64,000 nt of DNA, taken from assembly GCA_963716725.1 (NCBI GenBank), contig CAVQUB010000034.1, positions 64,001-128,000 of the forward strand, in the 5' to 3' direction. This document shows positions 28,742 to 38,823 of this stretch, in pieces. A model generated the notes under the pieces. That model searched no databases. It saw nothing but the letters and a program-made list of their open reading frames with translations, and had not been told where the DNA came from. The translations under genes were made by a program, and so were the position numbers. Each line of letters begins with the position of its first letter. Positions within the stretch are counted from its first letter, which is position 1. Origin of the DNA: an uncultured delta proteobacterium (GTDB taxonomy: Bacteria; Myxococcota_A; Polyangia; Polyangiales; Polyangiaceae).

Positions 28742-29710
28742 ATGCAACCTCGATTCACTGTGTTCTTCGGCGCCGCTTGGCTGCTCTTCGGCTGTAGTTC
28801 AGGCGGCGGTGGCGGCGGCTTTGGGGATGCTGGCGAGACCGGAGGCGGCGGCGGCTTCGGCGGGTCCGGGGGGGTTGGTTCAAGCGGTGGCGGCGGAGTC
28901 GCGGGCGCTGCCGGCGGCGGCGGAGTCGCGGGCGCTGCCGGCGGCGGCGGAGTCGCGGGTGCTGCCGGCGGCGGCGGCGCGGGCGCTACGGGAGGCAACG
29001 GCGGTTCTGGCGCGTGCGGCGCAACGCAGGCCACGTGCCCGAAGGGCTGCGCCGATCTTCAAACGGATCCGAACAACTGCGGCAGTTGCGGCTACGCCTG
29101 TGACGCCATCGCGAACTCGAAAGCCGTCTGCGTGGCTGGGAAGTGTGGGATCGAGTGCAACCCGGGTCGCTCGCTGTGCGGAAACGAATGCCTCGATCTA
29201 CAGAACGACCCGAACAACTGTGGCAGCTGCGACCACTACTGCTCGAAACCGTCCGGCGGCAGCGCGCTGTGTCAAGGCGGCAACTGCGTCAACAGCTGCC
29301 CGACGGGCCAGAGCGCCTGCAACGGCAGCTGCAAGAACCTGAGCACGGACTCCGCCAACTGCGGCAGCTGCGGTAGCGGCTGTACGGCGCCCACGGGCGG
29401 CTCCGTGTCTTGCGCGAGCGGCAAGTGCGCGAGCGCATGCCCCACCGGCAAAACCTTGTGCGGCAGCGCGTGCGTCGACACCCAAGGCGACAACTTCAAC
29501 TGCGGCGGGTGCGGCACCAAGTGCTACAGCAATCGGGCCTGCAGTCTGGGTACGTGCAGCACCACGCAGTGTGCCTACGTTGCTTGCAGCGTGTCCAACA
29601 GCGGCAGTTCCGGAACTCACACGGAGTGCTGTGACGCCGGAAAGAAATGCAACTTCTTTTGGGGAACCGACATCAACGGCAAGCCGGTCAAGCACAACTA
29701 CTGCGGGTGA
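28742..29710 (+). CDS. Cys-rich lipoprotein (Stig1-like DxxNCGxC repeats)
   Basis: Lipobox LFGC; four CxDxxxDxxNCGxC-like units. Confidence 0.8.
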   Translation: MQPRFTVFFGAAWLLFGCSSGGGGGGFGDAGETGGGGGFGGSGGVGSSGGGGVAGAAGGGGVAGAAGGGGVAGAAGGGGAGATGGNGGSGACGATQATCPKGCADLQTDPNNCGSCGYACDAIANSKAVCVAGKCGIECNPGRSLCGNECLDLQNDPNNCGSCDHYCSKPSGGSALCQGGNCVNSCPTGQSACNGSCKNLSTDSANCGSCGSGCTAPTGGSVSCASGKCASACPTGKTLCGSACVDTQGDNFNCGGCGTKCYSNRACSLGTCSTTQCAYVACSVSNSGSSGTHTECCDAGKKCNFFWGTDINGKPVKHNYCG

Positions 29711-29808
29711 GCTCAGTCATCTCTTCCAGGAAATCGGGGGAGCGGGCCGCTCCGGCCGCTCCACTCCGCCTTGACCTCCTGCCGCGCTCGGCCAACCATG
29801 CGGTCGGG

Positions 29809-30510
29809 ATGACGATGGGGCGAAGGCTTGCGTGCATGGTGCTCCTCTTGGCATCCACAGCGCGAGCCCAAGAGAGCGCGCCCACTCCATCGGCGCCGCC
29901 AACGTCAGCGACACCGACCACGCCCGCTCCGTCGGCGCCGCCACCGGCACTGACGACGCCCACCCCCGTTGCGCCGCCACCGGCACCGGCGACGCCCGCT
30001 CCGCCGGCGTCACCCCCAGCGCAAGCATATCCGTACGCGTATCCACCGTATCCGTATCCCTATCCCTATCCCTACGGCTACATGCCGCCACCCCCTGCAC
30101 AACTGCCGTATCAAGCGGGCGACCGTATCCCGCCCGGCTACCACACCGAATCGCGAGTGCGCCGCGGGCCCATCATTGTCGGGGCCACCATGGGAGGCAC
30201 CACCTACTTGATCAACCTACTGGTCGCCGGGATCGCAGGGCGCGGCAACGACGACGGTGGTCGGATCACCATGCTCTACATCCCGGGGATCGGGACCTGG
30301 GGTTACGTCGGTCAGGCTTGCGACTCGGATGGAAACGACGGCTGCTCGTTCTTGGTGCTGCATTCCGCCGCGCACACCGTGGGCGTGGCGCTCTTCCTGT
30401 ACGGCTTTGCAGCGCCCAGGACCGTGTTGGTGCGCAACGACGTCAGCTGGGCGGTGGTCCCCCAGATCGCGAAATCGAACGGTGGCTTGAGCCTGATCGG
30501 GCAATTCTGA
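29809..30510 (+). CDS. Exported Pro/Tyr-rich membrane protein
   Basis: Signal ..ARAQ; PYPYPY tract; IPPGYH; TM segments; ends GLSLIGQF. Confidence 0.7.
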   Translation: MTMGRRLACMVLLLASTARAQESAPTPSAPPTSATPTTPAPSAPPPALTTPTPVAPPPAPATPAPPASPPAQAYPYAYPPYPYPYPYPYGYMPPPPAQLPYQAGDRIPPGYHTESRVRRGPIIVGATMGGTTYLINLLVAGIAGRGNDDGGRITMLYIPGIGTWGYVGQACDSDGNDGCSFLVLHSAAHTVGVALFLYGFAAPRTVLVRNDVSWAVVPQIAKSNGGLSLIGQF

Positions 30511-30571
30511 GACCAAGAGGGGTCGACGGGCGTCACTTCGTCGCTTGGAATCGCGCGCTGGTCGCCCGGGG

Positions 30572-31366
30572 CTATTGGCAGACAAGGTACTGCGTGAAGC
30601 CCGAGATCGGCTTGCACGAGTAGCCGGACGAGCACGCGCTCGGCGAGCTTCCGCAGATGATTTCGTCTTTGTCGCACTGACCCGGGGAGCGGCAGCTCGT
30701 GTAATCGAGTTTCCCGACGAAGAAGTCGGCGCAACAGATCTGACCGCCGGAGCAATCCTCCGGGCCGTCGCAGCGGATCTCGACGTCCGGGCAATCCGCG
30801 GACGTGGATTGGCAGCCGGTGGCCGGGGAACCCGCGCAGCACTTCGATCCGGGAACCGAACACGACGCATTGCCGCAGGCGATAGTGCCGCCCGTCGCGC
30901 CGCCGGTGCCGCCCGTCGCGCCGCCGGTGCCGCCCGTGCCGCCGTTGCCGCCGCTGCCGCCGCTGCCGCCGCTGCCGCCGTTGCCGCCGCTGCCGCCGCT
31001 GCCGCCGCTGCCGCCGGTGCCGCCCTTGCCACCGCTAGCGCCGAAGCCACCGAAGCCACCGAAGCCACCAAAGCCGCCGCTAGCGCCAAAGCCACCGAAG
31101 CCACCAAAGCCGCCAATGCCGCCAATGCCGGAGTCGCCACCGGCGCCGGCCGCAGATCCGCCGCTCCCCCCGGAGGCCCCGGCGCTCCCGCCCGCGCTGC
31201 CCGCGGCGCCGCCGGTCGCCGCCGCTTTGCCGATCACGCAGCGGTCGGTCATGGGATCGCAGGTCCAGCCCTCAGCGCAGGGACAGGCCTTGCCGGTGAG
31301 ATCGACCTCCCCGACCGTGCAGCCGAACGCCAGACTGAACGACAGCCACGCCAACCCGGTGCGCAT
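30572..31366 (-). CDS. Gly-rich, Cys-rich lipoprotein
   Basis: Lipobox AFGC; CPCAEGWTC; GGFGG/GGSGG repeats; CDGPEDC..CC. Confidence 0.75.
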   Translation of the reverse strand: MRTGLAWLSFSLAFGCTVGEVDLTGKACPCAEGWTCDPMTDRCVIGKAAATGGAAGSAGGSAGASGGSGGSAAGAGGDSGIGGIGGFGGFGGFGASGGFGGFGGFGGFGASGGKGGTGGSGGSGGSGGNGGSGGSGGSGGNGGTGGTGGATGGTGGATGGTIACGNASCSVPGSKCCAGSPATGCQSTSADCPDVEIRCDGPEDCSGGQICCADFFVGKLDYTSCRSPGQCDKDEIICGSSPSACSSGYSCKPISGFTQYLVCQ

Positions 31367-31622
31367 GGGCCAAGCCTATACGATCCCTGCGCTGAGGCGA
31401 GCGAGAGGTGAAAATCACTTCGCCTATTCGTAGGCCCCAAGGTCCCACCCTGACGTTTGAGTAGCGGATGGACTGGATCGAGCAGCGGTTCGAGCTCGTC
31501 GAACGAGTCCGTTTCTGTTGGAGCCAGCTGGGCGCAAAGAGGGTTCGCCACCAGCAACGGTTGCCAGGCTGCGACAACTTGCCACGTTGCGTGTTCGCGC
31601 TCCAAGCACCAGATCGCCATGC

Positions 31623-33527
31623 ATGGCTCTACCTCTCATGCGCGCCGTGGGTGGCTTTGCAATCCCACTGGCGCTTGCCGCTGCCTGCTCCGGCGCCGAT
31701 GCTCCCGCGACTTCGAATGCTTCCCGAGGCGAGCTGATCTTTCGGCGAGATTGCGCAGCGTGCCACTCGCTGGGACACGGCGACCGGCGGCGCGCTCCAG
31801 ATCTGATGGATGTGCAACTGCGGCGGCAAACGCAGTGGCTGACGCAGTGGCTCACGGACCCGGCAGCGGTTGCCCAGAAGAACCCCTACGCTCAGCAGCT
31901 GGTGGCCAAGTGGGGCGACGTGGTCATGCCCAACCCCCAGCTGAACGCAGGCGAAATTGCTGACGTGTTGGAGTTCATTGCTCGCCAGAGCGCCACGGGA
32001 CCGATGCCGCCATCGCCGCCGGTGAAGCTCTCGGATGCGGACTTCGAGGCGACGAAGATGGTCTACTTCGATCGCTGCGCGGGTTGCCACGGCACGCTGC
32101 GCGCTGGCGCCACCGGGCCGGACATTGCCCAGGCCGCCGCGACGAAGGTCGGCACCGACGGGCTGGCGGCAATTGTGCGCAACGGAACCCCTTGGGGCAT
32201 GCCCGCCCTGGGAAAAGACGGCGTGCTCACCGAAACGGAAGGAGCGCGGATGGCCGCGTTTCTTCAGCTGCAGCCGCCTCCTGGGCCAGAGCTAGATCTG
32301 GCCACGGCGAAGACCACATGGGAGCTGCTGGTGCCCGCTGCATCGCGCCCGACCGCACCCGAGCACGGCCTAGACTGGCAAGACTTCTTTGGTGTCATCC
32401 TGAGAGACATAGGCAAAGTCGCCATCTTCGATGGCAAGACCCGCGACGAGATCGCGCGGATCGATACGGGCTACGCGGTGCACATCCTGCGAGCCTCCTC
32501 CACGGGTCGCTACTTCTACGCGGTGGGCCGCGACGGCTGGGTCACGCTGATCGATCTGTGGGCGAGTGTGCCAAAGGCCGTGGCGCGCGCGCGCGGCTGC
32601 TTCGACGCTCGCAGCGTGGAAAACAGCAAGTTCCCCGGCTACGAGGACAAGTTCGCAATACAGGGCTGCTATTGGCCGCCGCAGTACGTGGTGTTCGACG
32701 GTCTGACGCTCGAGCCACTGGCCGTGGAAGGCGTGCTCGGCAAGTCGATTGACGGCGACGACCTCGACGAAGTGCGCGTTGCATCGATTGTGGCGGTGCC
32801 CGGCGCAACTGAGTGGGCGTTGGCTTTGAAGGAATCGGGCCACGTCGGAATCGTGGACTACGCAAAGCCTGGCTTCCCCATGGTGTCGCGCATCGCTGCC
32901 GAGCGATTCCTGCACGATGGCGGGCTCGACGCCACGGGCCGCTACTTCTTGGTGGCGGCGAACGCTACCAACCGCATGGTGGCGATCGACTTGAAAGAGC
33001 ACAAGTTGGCGGCCTCTTTCGAGACCGGCGTGTTGCCCCACCCTGGCCGCGGTGCGAACTGGATCGATCCAACCTTCGGCCGTGTTGGCGCCACCACGCA
33101 CATGGGTGAGAACACCCTGGCCATCTTCGGCGCGGACCCCGAGGGTCAGCCCCAGAACGCCTGGAAGGTGGTTCGCGAAGTCACGTTGCCCGCGGCCGGC
33201 AGCTTGTTCCTGAAGACGCATCCCGCGTCGCCATGGGTGGTTGCCGACATGACTTTGGCCACGGACACCAAGGCCATGCGTCAGCTCTGCGCGTACGGGA
33301 AGCAGGCTGGCAAGATCGACCACTGTTTCGAAGTCACCACGCACGGCAAGGTGGTGCACCCAGAGTTCAACCGCGCGGGCGACGAGATCTGGGTATCGGT
33401 CTGGGACACCGACGGTGAGCTGGTCATCTACGACTCGACCTCCCTAGCGGAGAAGGCCCGCATCACGGGGCTCAAGACGCCGACCGGGAAGTTCAACGTC
33501 TACAACACGGCGCACGACGTGTACTGA
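31623..33527 (+). CDS. nirS: Cytochrome cd1 nitrite reductase-like lipoprotein with an extra N-terminal cytochrome c domain
   Basis: CAACH and CAGCHG..GATG heme-c motifs; GYAVHI, YWPPQY, RVASIV, FLHDGG, PHPGRGAN, LFLKTHP, TPTGKFNVYNT; lipobox AAAC. Confidence 0.88.
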   Translation: MALPLMRAVGGFAIPLALAAACSGADAPATSNASRGELIFRRDCAACHSLGHGDRRRAPDLMDVQLRRQTQWLTQWLTDPAAVAQKNPYAQQLVAKWGDVVMPNPQLNAGEIADVLEFIARQSATGPMPPSPPVKLSDADFEATKMVYFDRCAGCHGTLRAGATGPDIAQAAATKVGTDGLAAIVRNGTPWGMPALGKDGVLTETEGARMAAFLQLQPPPGPELDLATAKTTWELLVPAASRPTAPEHGLDWQDFFGVILRDIGKVAIFDGKTRDEIARIDTGYAVHILRASSTGRYFYAVGRDGWVTLIDLWASVPKAVARARGCFDARSVENSKFPGYEDKFAIQGCYWPPQYVVFDGLTLEPLAVEGVLGKSIDGDDLDEVRVASIVAVPGATEWALALKESGHVGIVDYAKPGFPMVSRIAAERFLHDGGLDATGRYFLVAANATNRMVAIDLKEHKLAASFETGVLPHPGRGANWIDPTFGRVGATTHMGENTLAIFGADPEGQPQNAWKVVREVTLPAAGSLFLKTHPASPWVVADMTLATDTKAMRQLCAYGKQAGKIDHCFEVTTHGKVVHPEFNRAGDEIWVSVWDTDGELVIYDSTSLAEKARITGLKTPTGKFNVYNTAHDVY

Positions 33528-33555
33528 GGCGGCACCGGCTCACGGTCGTGCTCGC

Positions 33556-35385
33556 TCAGAGCCCCGAGATCAGATCGCCGGCACGCACGAAGAGCTTCCC
33601 GCTGGTCGCAGGCACGTTCACGATCAAGGTGCCGTCACCGGCGACGCTCACGCTCTCGTTCGGATCGAGCACGTTGACCAGGCTCGTGCCGCCGGGCGTG
33701 CCGACCGCCATGCCGGCGCCGCCGAACTGGGTCGCGCTCTCTTGGGCCGAGTTGGTATTGAACACCATCAGCGCGTACGCGTCCCCGGCGTCGCCGCCCG
33801 CGCGCTCGTAGGCGAAGATGCCCGCGTCGCTCTCGTTGCCGGTGCGATCACTGGCCCAGGTGACCTTCAAATCGCCGTGGGTCAGCGCCTTGTACGAGCG
33901 GCGGATGCGCGCGAGGCGCCGCACCCACTGGTAATCCGGGCTCGCTTGGTTGTAGCCGCTCCACCAGAGATCCTCGCGGTTTGCTGGATCGTTGCCGCCG
34001 GCAAAGCCCTGCTCGGTGCCGTAATAGACACAGGGGATGCCGTCTTCGGTAAACAGGAACAAGAGCGCGTTGTTCAGCGCCGCCTTGTCGTTCTTGAAGA
34101 ACAAGAAGCGCCCGACGTCGTGGTTGTCGAGGAAGTTCACCAAGGCCTTGTTCGGCGGCACGCCGATGCCGTCGGGTTGCGGCACGGTGCCGTAGTTGCC
34201 GTTCGCACCCAGGCGCTGGTTCCAGAGGTCTTCGATCTTCTTGGTGGCCGCGCCCTGTTGGAAGACGTCGCGGATCGCCGTGTAGTACTGCGGGAAGTAG
34301 AAGACGCTGTCGACTTGATCGTCGAAGGTGAACGAACCGACCAACTTGTCGTCGCCGTCGAAGGACTCGCCGAACATGAAGAAGTTGTGCTTGCCCTTGG
34401 CGGCCAGGCGCTGCCGCACCGCGGGAGCAAACTCCCTCCAGAACTCGTGCTCGACGTGCTTCAAGGTGTCGATGCGGAAGCCGTCGAGATCCGTCAGCTC
34501 GACCCAGCGCACGAACACGTCGATCAGCGCCTGACGGACCTCGGGATCGCGGGTGTTCAGATCCTTGAGGCCGCCCGGGAAATCGCCCAGCTCGACCTGT
34601 TCCTGGATGTTCCAGTCCCAGACCCGCCCGCGGCGGTTGTAGGCCCGCGGGTTCTGGAAGATCGCGGGCTCCGGCGGCATGTGGTTGGTCGCCGGGTCAT
34701 AGGCAAAGACCACCGGCGCCGGCCCGGCCTCACCCAGGCTGGTCCAGGCCTGCACGCCGCGCGGATCGTAGTCCGGATCGTATTCGTTGATGTGGCTCAC
34801 GGGGCTGGTCGGCGTGCCGTCGGGCTTCACGGGAGCGATCAGCGGCCCCGTACCGCCCACACGCTCATCGGGCTGCCCGTTCAGGTTGATGTCGTAATAG
34901 AAGACCTGGCCCACGTGATTCACGACAATGTCGAGGATCACCTTGATGCCGCGATCGTGCGCCTTGTCGATCATCCGGCGCAGGCTGAGCAGATCGCCGA
35001 AGTGGGGGTTGAGGCGCGTGAAGTCCTGGGTCCAGTAGCCGTGGTAGCCGTCGACGCCTGCGTCGGTCTCGACGTTCTTCACGATGGGCGAGATCCAGAG
35101 CGCCGTGACGCCGAGGTCGTCCAGGTAGTCGAGCTTCTCCTCGACGCCTCGCCAGTCGCCGCCGTGATAACGAGCGGGCGCGTTCTCGACCACTCGATAG
35201 TCGTTGGCGTAGTCGCCGTTCGCGAAGCGATCGGTCATCAACTGGTAGACCACCTCGTTGCGCCAATCTTGCACGTGGGTCTTCATCGGACGCTCGCCGT
35301 CGAGCCCCTCGAAGTCCATGCAGCCCGCGCTCCCGAGGGCCGATAGCAGCACGATCAGCGACGTCTTGCTTGTCTTCATGGTCAT
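33556..35385 (-). CDS. GH13 alpha-amylase family lipoprotein
   Basis: DRFANGD, GGDWRG, YHGYW, DIVVNH, DGFRIDT, FLDNHD, YYGTEQG; lipobox SAGC; ATGA overlap with the porin. Confidence 0.93.
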   Translation of the reverse strand: MTMKTSKTSLIVLLSALGSAGCMDFEGLDGERPMKTHVQDWRNEVVYQLMTDRFANGDYANDYRVVENAPARYHGGDWRGVEEKLDYLDDLGVTALWISPIVKNVETDAGVDGYHGYWTQDFTRLNPHFGDLLSLRRMIDKAHDRGIKVILDIVVNHVGQVFYYDINLNGQPDERVGGTGPLIAPVKPDGTPTSPVSHINEYDPDYDPRGVQAWTSLGEAGPAPVVFAYDPATNHMPPEPAIFQNPRAYNRRGRVWDWNIQEQVELGDFPGGLKDLNTRDPEVRQALIDVFVRWVELTDLDGFRIDTLKHVEHEFWREFAPAVRQRLAAKGKHNFFMFGESFDGDDKLVGSFTFDDQVDSVFYFPQYYTAIRDVFQQGAATKKIEDLWNQRLGANGNYGTVPQPDGIGVPPNKALVNFLDNHDVGRFLFFKNDKAALNNALLFLFTEDGIPCVYYGTEQGFAGGNDPANREDLWWSGYNQASPDYQWVRRLARIRRSYKALTHGDLKVTWASDRTGNESDAGIFAYERAGGDAGDAYALMVFNTNSAQESATQFGGAGMAVGTPGGTSLVNVLDPNESVSVAGDGTLIVNVPATSGKLFVRAGDLISGL

Positions 35386-36932
35386 TGCCCGTAGCTCGAG
35401 GAGTTGAACCACCACTCGGCGCCGATGCCGTAGAACTGCTCGACTTTGCGCCGCGCGAACACGTCGTCGTAGGCGTAGAGCGAGCGCGCGTCCTCGTTGC
35501 GCTGTGTGAAGGCCATGATCAGGCGCAGCACCGGCCGCTTGAACACGCCCGGGCCCGAGGGCGAGAGGTAGGGCATGAGCCCGAAGCGCCAGAGCCGGGC
35601 GTGCACCGGCTGGTTGGTCGCGATGTTCAGGATGCCGCGCTGCTGTGCTTGATACGAGCCCTCGACGGCGACGCCGGCGTGATCGCCCAAGAACAGATGC
35701 GGCCTCACGACGAAGATGCCTTCGTCGACGTTGTTGTAGTTGAAGGGCTCGGGCGTCGGCTCGCGGAACGATCGGAAGTAGCCGCCGACCACCACGGCGA
35801 AGGGATGCAGCTCCCAGTTGCCGGAGAGGCCGATCAGCGTCTCGGTCGCGCCCTCGACGGTGCGCTCGGGGCTGGTGCCCTCGGGCGTCGCGAGCTCGCC
35901 GTAGGCCGCCAAGCCGCGACCATGACGGAAGAAGAGATTCACGAAGGTGTCGTGCTCCCCCGTGAACAGCCCGACCTGGCCACCCACCAACATGCCGCTG
36001 TCGCCGGGCACCTCTTTGAAGCGGCCGGGATCGGTCTCGCGCTCGCCGCTCGGCAAGCGATGCACCTCGCCGTAGGCCACGGCCTTGATGCCGCCCTTGT
36101 CGCCGAACATGGGCACGATGTGCGAGAGCTTGAGGCTGCTGATCAGCCGCGGGCGATCGAGGATCTCGACGTCGGTGGTGCCCGGTTGGTTCTGCGGGGC
36201 CGAACGCGGCCGCACTTGGTACTGGAAAGGATGGTCGGCGCGGTTCAAGCCCATGTGCCACGCGGCGAAGCTCTTGCCGTCGCGGGTGTCGAAGCGGACG
36301 CCACCGCCCACGGTGTTCAAGTTGTCCAGCGGCCAGAAGTCGAGCAGGTAGATGTCGTCGCCGCGGTACATGCGGGATCCCGCCCACGCGCTCAGGCCCT
36401 TGTCCCCGATGCCACGCTCTTCGAGGTACAGGTTGCGAACCGCGATCTTCGCGTCGAACTTGCCGTCGTAGTGGAAGAGCGGTCCGCCGATGGCGAGAGT
36501 GGTCACGATGCGCGACGAGAGATCCTTCTTCCACTCGTCGTCGCGCCGCAGCTCGAGCTCGGCGTAGGGCCCTTCGTCGATGCGAGTGCCGTAAGCCACG
36601 ACGTCGGCGTCACGCCCTTCGCCCCCGCGGCCATCGCTCGCGACCACCACGCGGCCGTAGGATCCGAACGAAAACGACGAGCGCGGATAGTCGAGCTGCG
36701 GCTTCGGTGGGGGGACCCGGATCGGGCCCATGAACACCGGCATCTGGCCCCGGGTCACGGGCGGGCTGGCCGGCGCGGCTTCGGCCCGGGCCGGCGGAGC
36801 TGGCTTCGGGTCGGCCTCCTCGGCCAGATCGACGGCCGCTGGCTCCGGCGTCGGCGCGGGCTCGTCCTGGGCCAGAGCCGAGCGCGCGAGCGCGAGGGTA
36901 ACGAGCCCCGTGATCCAGACCCCACGCTTCAT
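35382..36932 (-). CDS. lamB: Carbohydrate porin (LamB/maltoporin-like)
   Basis: FGSYGR, RNLYLE, WAGSRMYRGDDIYLLDFW, C-terminal GIGAEWWF; coupled to the amylase gene. Confidence 0.82.
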   Translation of the reverse strand: MKRGVWITGLVTLALARSALAQDEPAPTPEPAAVDLAEEADPKPAPPARAEAAPASPPVTRGQMPVFMGPIRVPPPKPQLDYPRSSFSFGSYGRVVVASDGRGGEGRDADVVAYGTRIDEGPYAELELRRDDEWKKDLSSRIVTTLAIGGPLFHYDGKFDAKIAVRNLYLEERGIGDKGLSAWAGSRMYRGDDIYLLDFWPLDNLNTVGGGVRFDTRDGKSFAAWHMGLNRADHPFQYQVRPRSAPQNQPGTTDVEILDRPRLISSLKLSHIVPMFGDKGGIKAVAYGEVHRLPSGERETDPGRFKEVPGDSGMLVGGQVGLFTGEHDTFVNLFFRHGRGLAAYGELATPEGTSPERTVEGATETLIGLSGNWELHPFAVVVGGYFRSFREPTPEPFNYNNVDEGIFVVRPHLFLGDHAGVAVEGSYQAQQRGILNIATNQPVHARLWRFGLMPYLSPSGPGVFKRPVLRLIMAFTQRNEDARSLYAYDDVFARRKVEQFYGIGAEWWFNSSSYGQ

Positions 36933-37093
36933 GCTGGCGGCGGATAACACATCTGGAGCGGGGAGGGACGCGTTCTGCCCTGGGTCGGGTCTCGTCGACG
37001 CGGTTTCCCGGGGCGATTCTTCGCGCCCGAGGTCGGGCTGGTTTTCAGTCGATCCGCGGTTCAAAGTCCGAGGCTAGGAGCGAAGAGGCACGC

Positions 37094-38056
37094 ATGAGGC
37101 TGGTGAGTCTGCTGTTGGTCGCGGGCACGGTGGGCTGCGGCGGACGAACCTCCGCAGATCGCCCTCCTCCGACGCAGCCGCAAACCGGGTGCCCGCCGAG
37201 CCACGAGCTCCGGGACGGCCGCTGCACGGTGCGCGAGGTGTACGTCCCGGGCGGAAGCTTCACTATGGGGCGGGGCTTCTGTCCTGAATCCGAGACCGAG
37301 CAATCACCAGCGGAGTTCGAGTGCCTGCTGGCCGACGCGCCGCACCTGGTCGAGGTCGCTCCGTTCTGGGTGGATGCGACGTTGCACACCGCCGCCGCCC
37401 TCGAAGCAGGGATCACCGCACCGCCGCTCCTCGACGACGCGAACTGTCCGAGTCGAGAGCTCGAATGCGCGGCGCCGCTGACCTACGCACCGTTTAGCGT
37501 TCCGCTTGGCGGCCTGCCGTATGTGACTCCTCATGAACTCGGCACCGATGGGCTGTGCGGTCTGGTTGGCAAGCGTGCAATCCGTGAGGCGGAGTGGGAA
37601 TGGCTGGCCACGTGGGGCGGGACGCGGACGTACCCGTGGGGCGAGGCTGAGCCGAGCTGCGAGCACGGGTACGTCGACTCGTCGCAGTGCACACCCAATA
37701 ACCCGCCCGAGTGGGACCCCGACGAGGACACGGTCTCGCGCGTTGCGTCGTATCGTCCGACGCCCGAGGGCATCTACGACCTCACCGGCAGCCTCGGAGA
37801 ATGGGTGCTTCCGTCTCCCAACGAAGCGTATACGGACGGCTACCCCGCGCCGATCGCCGAGCTGCCCCAGGTTTGTGCGAGTTCAACCTGGTCCGGGCAC
37901 TGCTCGGGGGTCGGCAAGGATGAGCTGTTCGGACATCGCGGCGGCGCCGCTGATCACCCGACCCACCACTTCAACGGCGCCTATCGGGGCACGAGCCGCA
38001 AATCGAATGGACGCTGGAAGCGAGCCGCTTTCCGCTGCGTGAGAGGTGCGGAGTAG
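37094..38056 (+). CDS. FGE-sulfatase (SUMF1/EgtB/PvdO) domain lipoprotein
   Basis: VPGGSFTMG, EAEWE, YPWG, GIYDLTGSLGEWV, FRC. Confidence 0.85.
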   Translation: MRLVSLLLVAGTVGCGGRTSADRPPPTQPQTGCPPSHELRDGRCTVREVYVPGGSFTMGRGFCPESETEQSPAEFECLLADAPHLVEVAPFWVDATLHTAAALEAGITAPPLLDDANCPSRELECAAPLTYAPFSVPLGGLPYVTPHELGTDGLCGLVGKRAIREAEWEWLATWGGTRTYPWGEAEPSCEHGYVDSSQCTPNNPPEWDPDEDTVSRVASYRPTPEGIYDLTGSLGEWVLPSPNEAYTDGYPAPIAELPQVCASSTWSGHCSGVGKDELFGHRGGAADHPTHHFNGAYRGTSRKSNGRWKRAAFRCVRGAE

Positions 38057-38126
38057 CGAGGGACTCGACGCCCGGCGCGACGCAGCGTGAGGTGCACAAT
38101 GAGCCGCGCGGGTGTAGGCTTCGGGG

Positions 38127-38666
38127 GTGAGCGTCGCACGTGCACTGGTCACCGAGGCGGAGTTCCTCAGCCTCCCCGAATCGATGCAGCGCATGGAGCT
38201 GATTGACGGAGAGGTATACGTGCCGCCGAGCCCGACTTTCTTGCACCAAGAGACCCTGTCTCGAGTCGTGACCGCCTTGCGCACTTGGGCCGCCACGCAA
38301 CCCGAACCCGTGACCGTGTGTCAGGCGCCACTCGACGTTCGGTTCGCCCCAGGCCGCATCCTCCAGCCGGACGCCTTCGTGGTCTTCGCGCGCATCCCGG
38401 CTCAGCACGAGGGGCCCATCGAAGAGGTTCCCGCCTTGTGCATCGAGGTGCTCTCGACGAACCGAGCGCACGACCGCGTCACCAAGCGCTACATCTATGC
38501 TGAAGCGGGAGTGCAGGAACTCTGGACCGTCGAGCCGGCAGGCCTGGTCGAGCGTTGGAGCGGGGACGGGCTGAGCCAAAGCGAGACGATTCGAGAGGTG
38601 CTCCGATCCCCCTTGCTTCCGGGATTCGACCTCGCCGTCCCGACGCTCTGGCCGAGTGAGGACTGA
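38127..38666 (+). CDS. Uma2 family endonuclease
   Basis: ELIDG..PSP..HQ, QPD, IEVLS, D..TK..Y..AGV.E.W.V. Confidence 0.92.
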   Translation: MSVARALVTEAEFLSLPESMQRMELIDGEVYVPPSPTFLHQETLSRVVTALRTWAATQPEPVTVCQAPLDVRFAPGRILQPDAFVVFARIPAQHEGPIEEVPALCIEVLSTNRAHDRVTKRYIYAEAGVQELWTVEPAGLVERWSGDGLSQSETIREVLRSPLLPGFDLAVPTLWPSED

Positions 38667-38798
38667 ACGCAATCTCGACGCGCGGCCCGGTCGCGTTTCG
38701 GTCAGCACTTCCCGGTGACGGTGTCGGACACCGGCGAGGGTTCGCGGTCCCAATTGGCAGCGCCGGAGGGAGTGACCAGGCGCGCGGTGGAGCTCGAC

Positions 38799-38816
38799 CC
38801 ATAAATATGGCAGAGT
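38799..38816 (+). promoter_or_regulatory. Putative vapBC operator and -10 box
   Basis: Palindrome CCATA-AA-TATGG (38799-38810) abuts TG-G-CAGAGT, 7 nt before GTG. Confidence 0.55.
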
Positions 38817-38823
38817 GCGTCGG

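Noticed and set aside
17700..31400. Integron cassette array
   Set aside because: Genes lie on both strands with their own promoters; no recurring attC-like sites or integron integrase seen.
31249..31737. Short ORFs between the Gly-rich lipoprotein and nirS
   Set aside because: No motifs or clear start signals, and they overlap the promoter regions; treated as intergenic.
33556..36534. 992-aa amylase ORF (similarly the extended ORFs 39278-42097, 41251-44463, 56205-58232)
   Set aside because: The N-terminal extensions overlap other genes. More plausible starts lie downstream at signal peptides or conserved N-termini.
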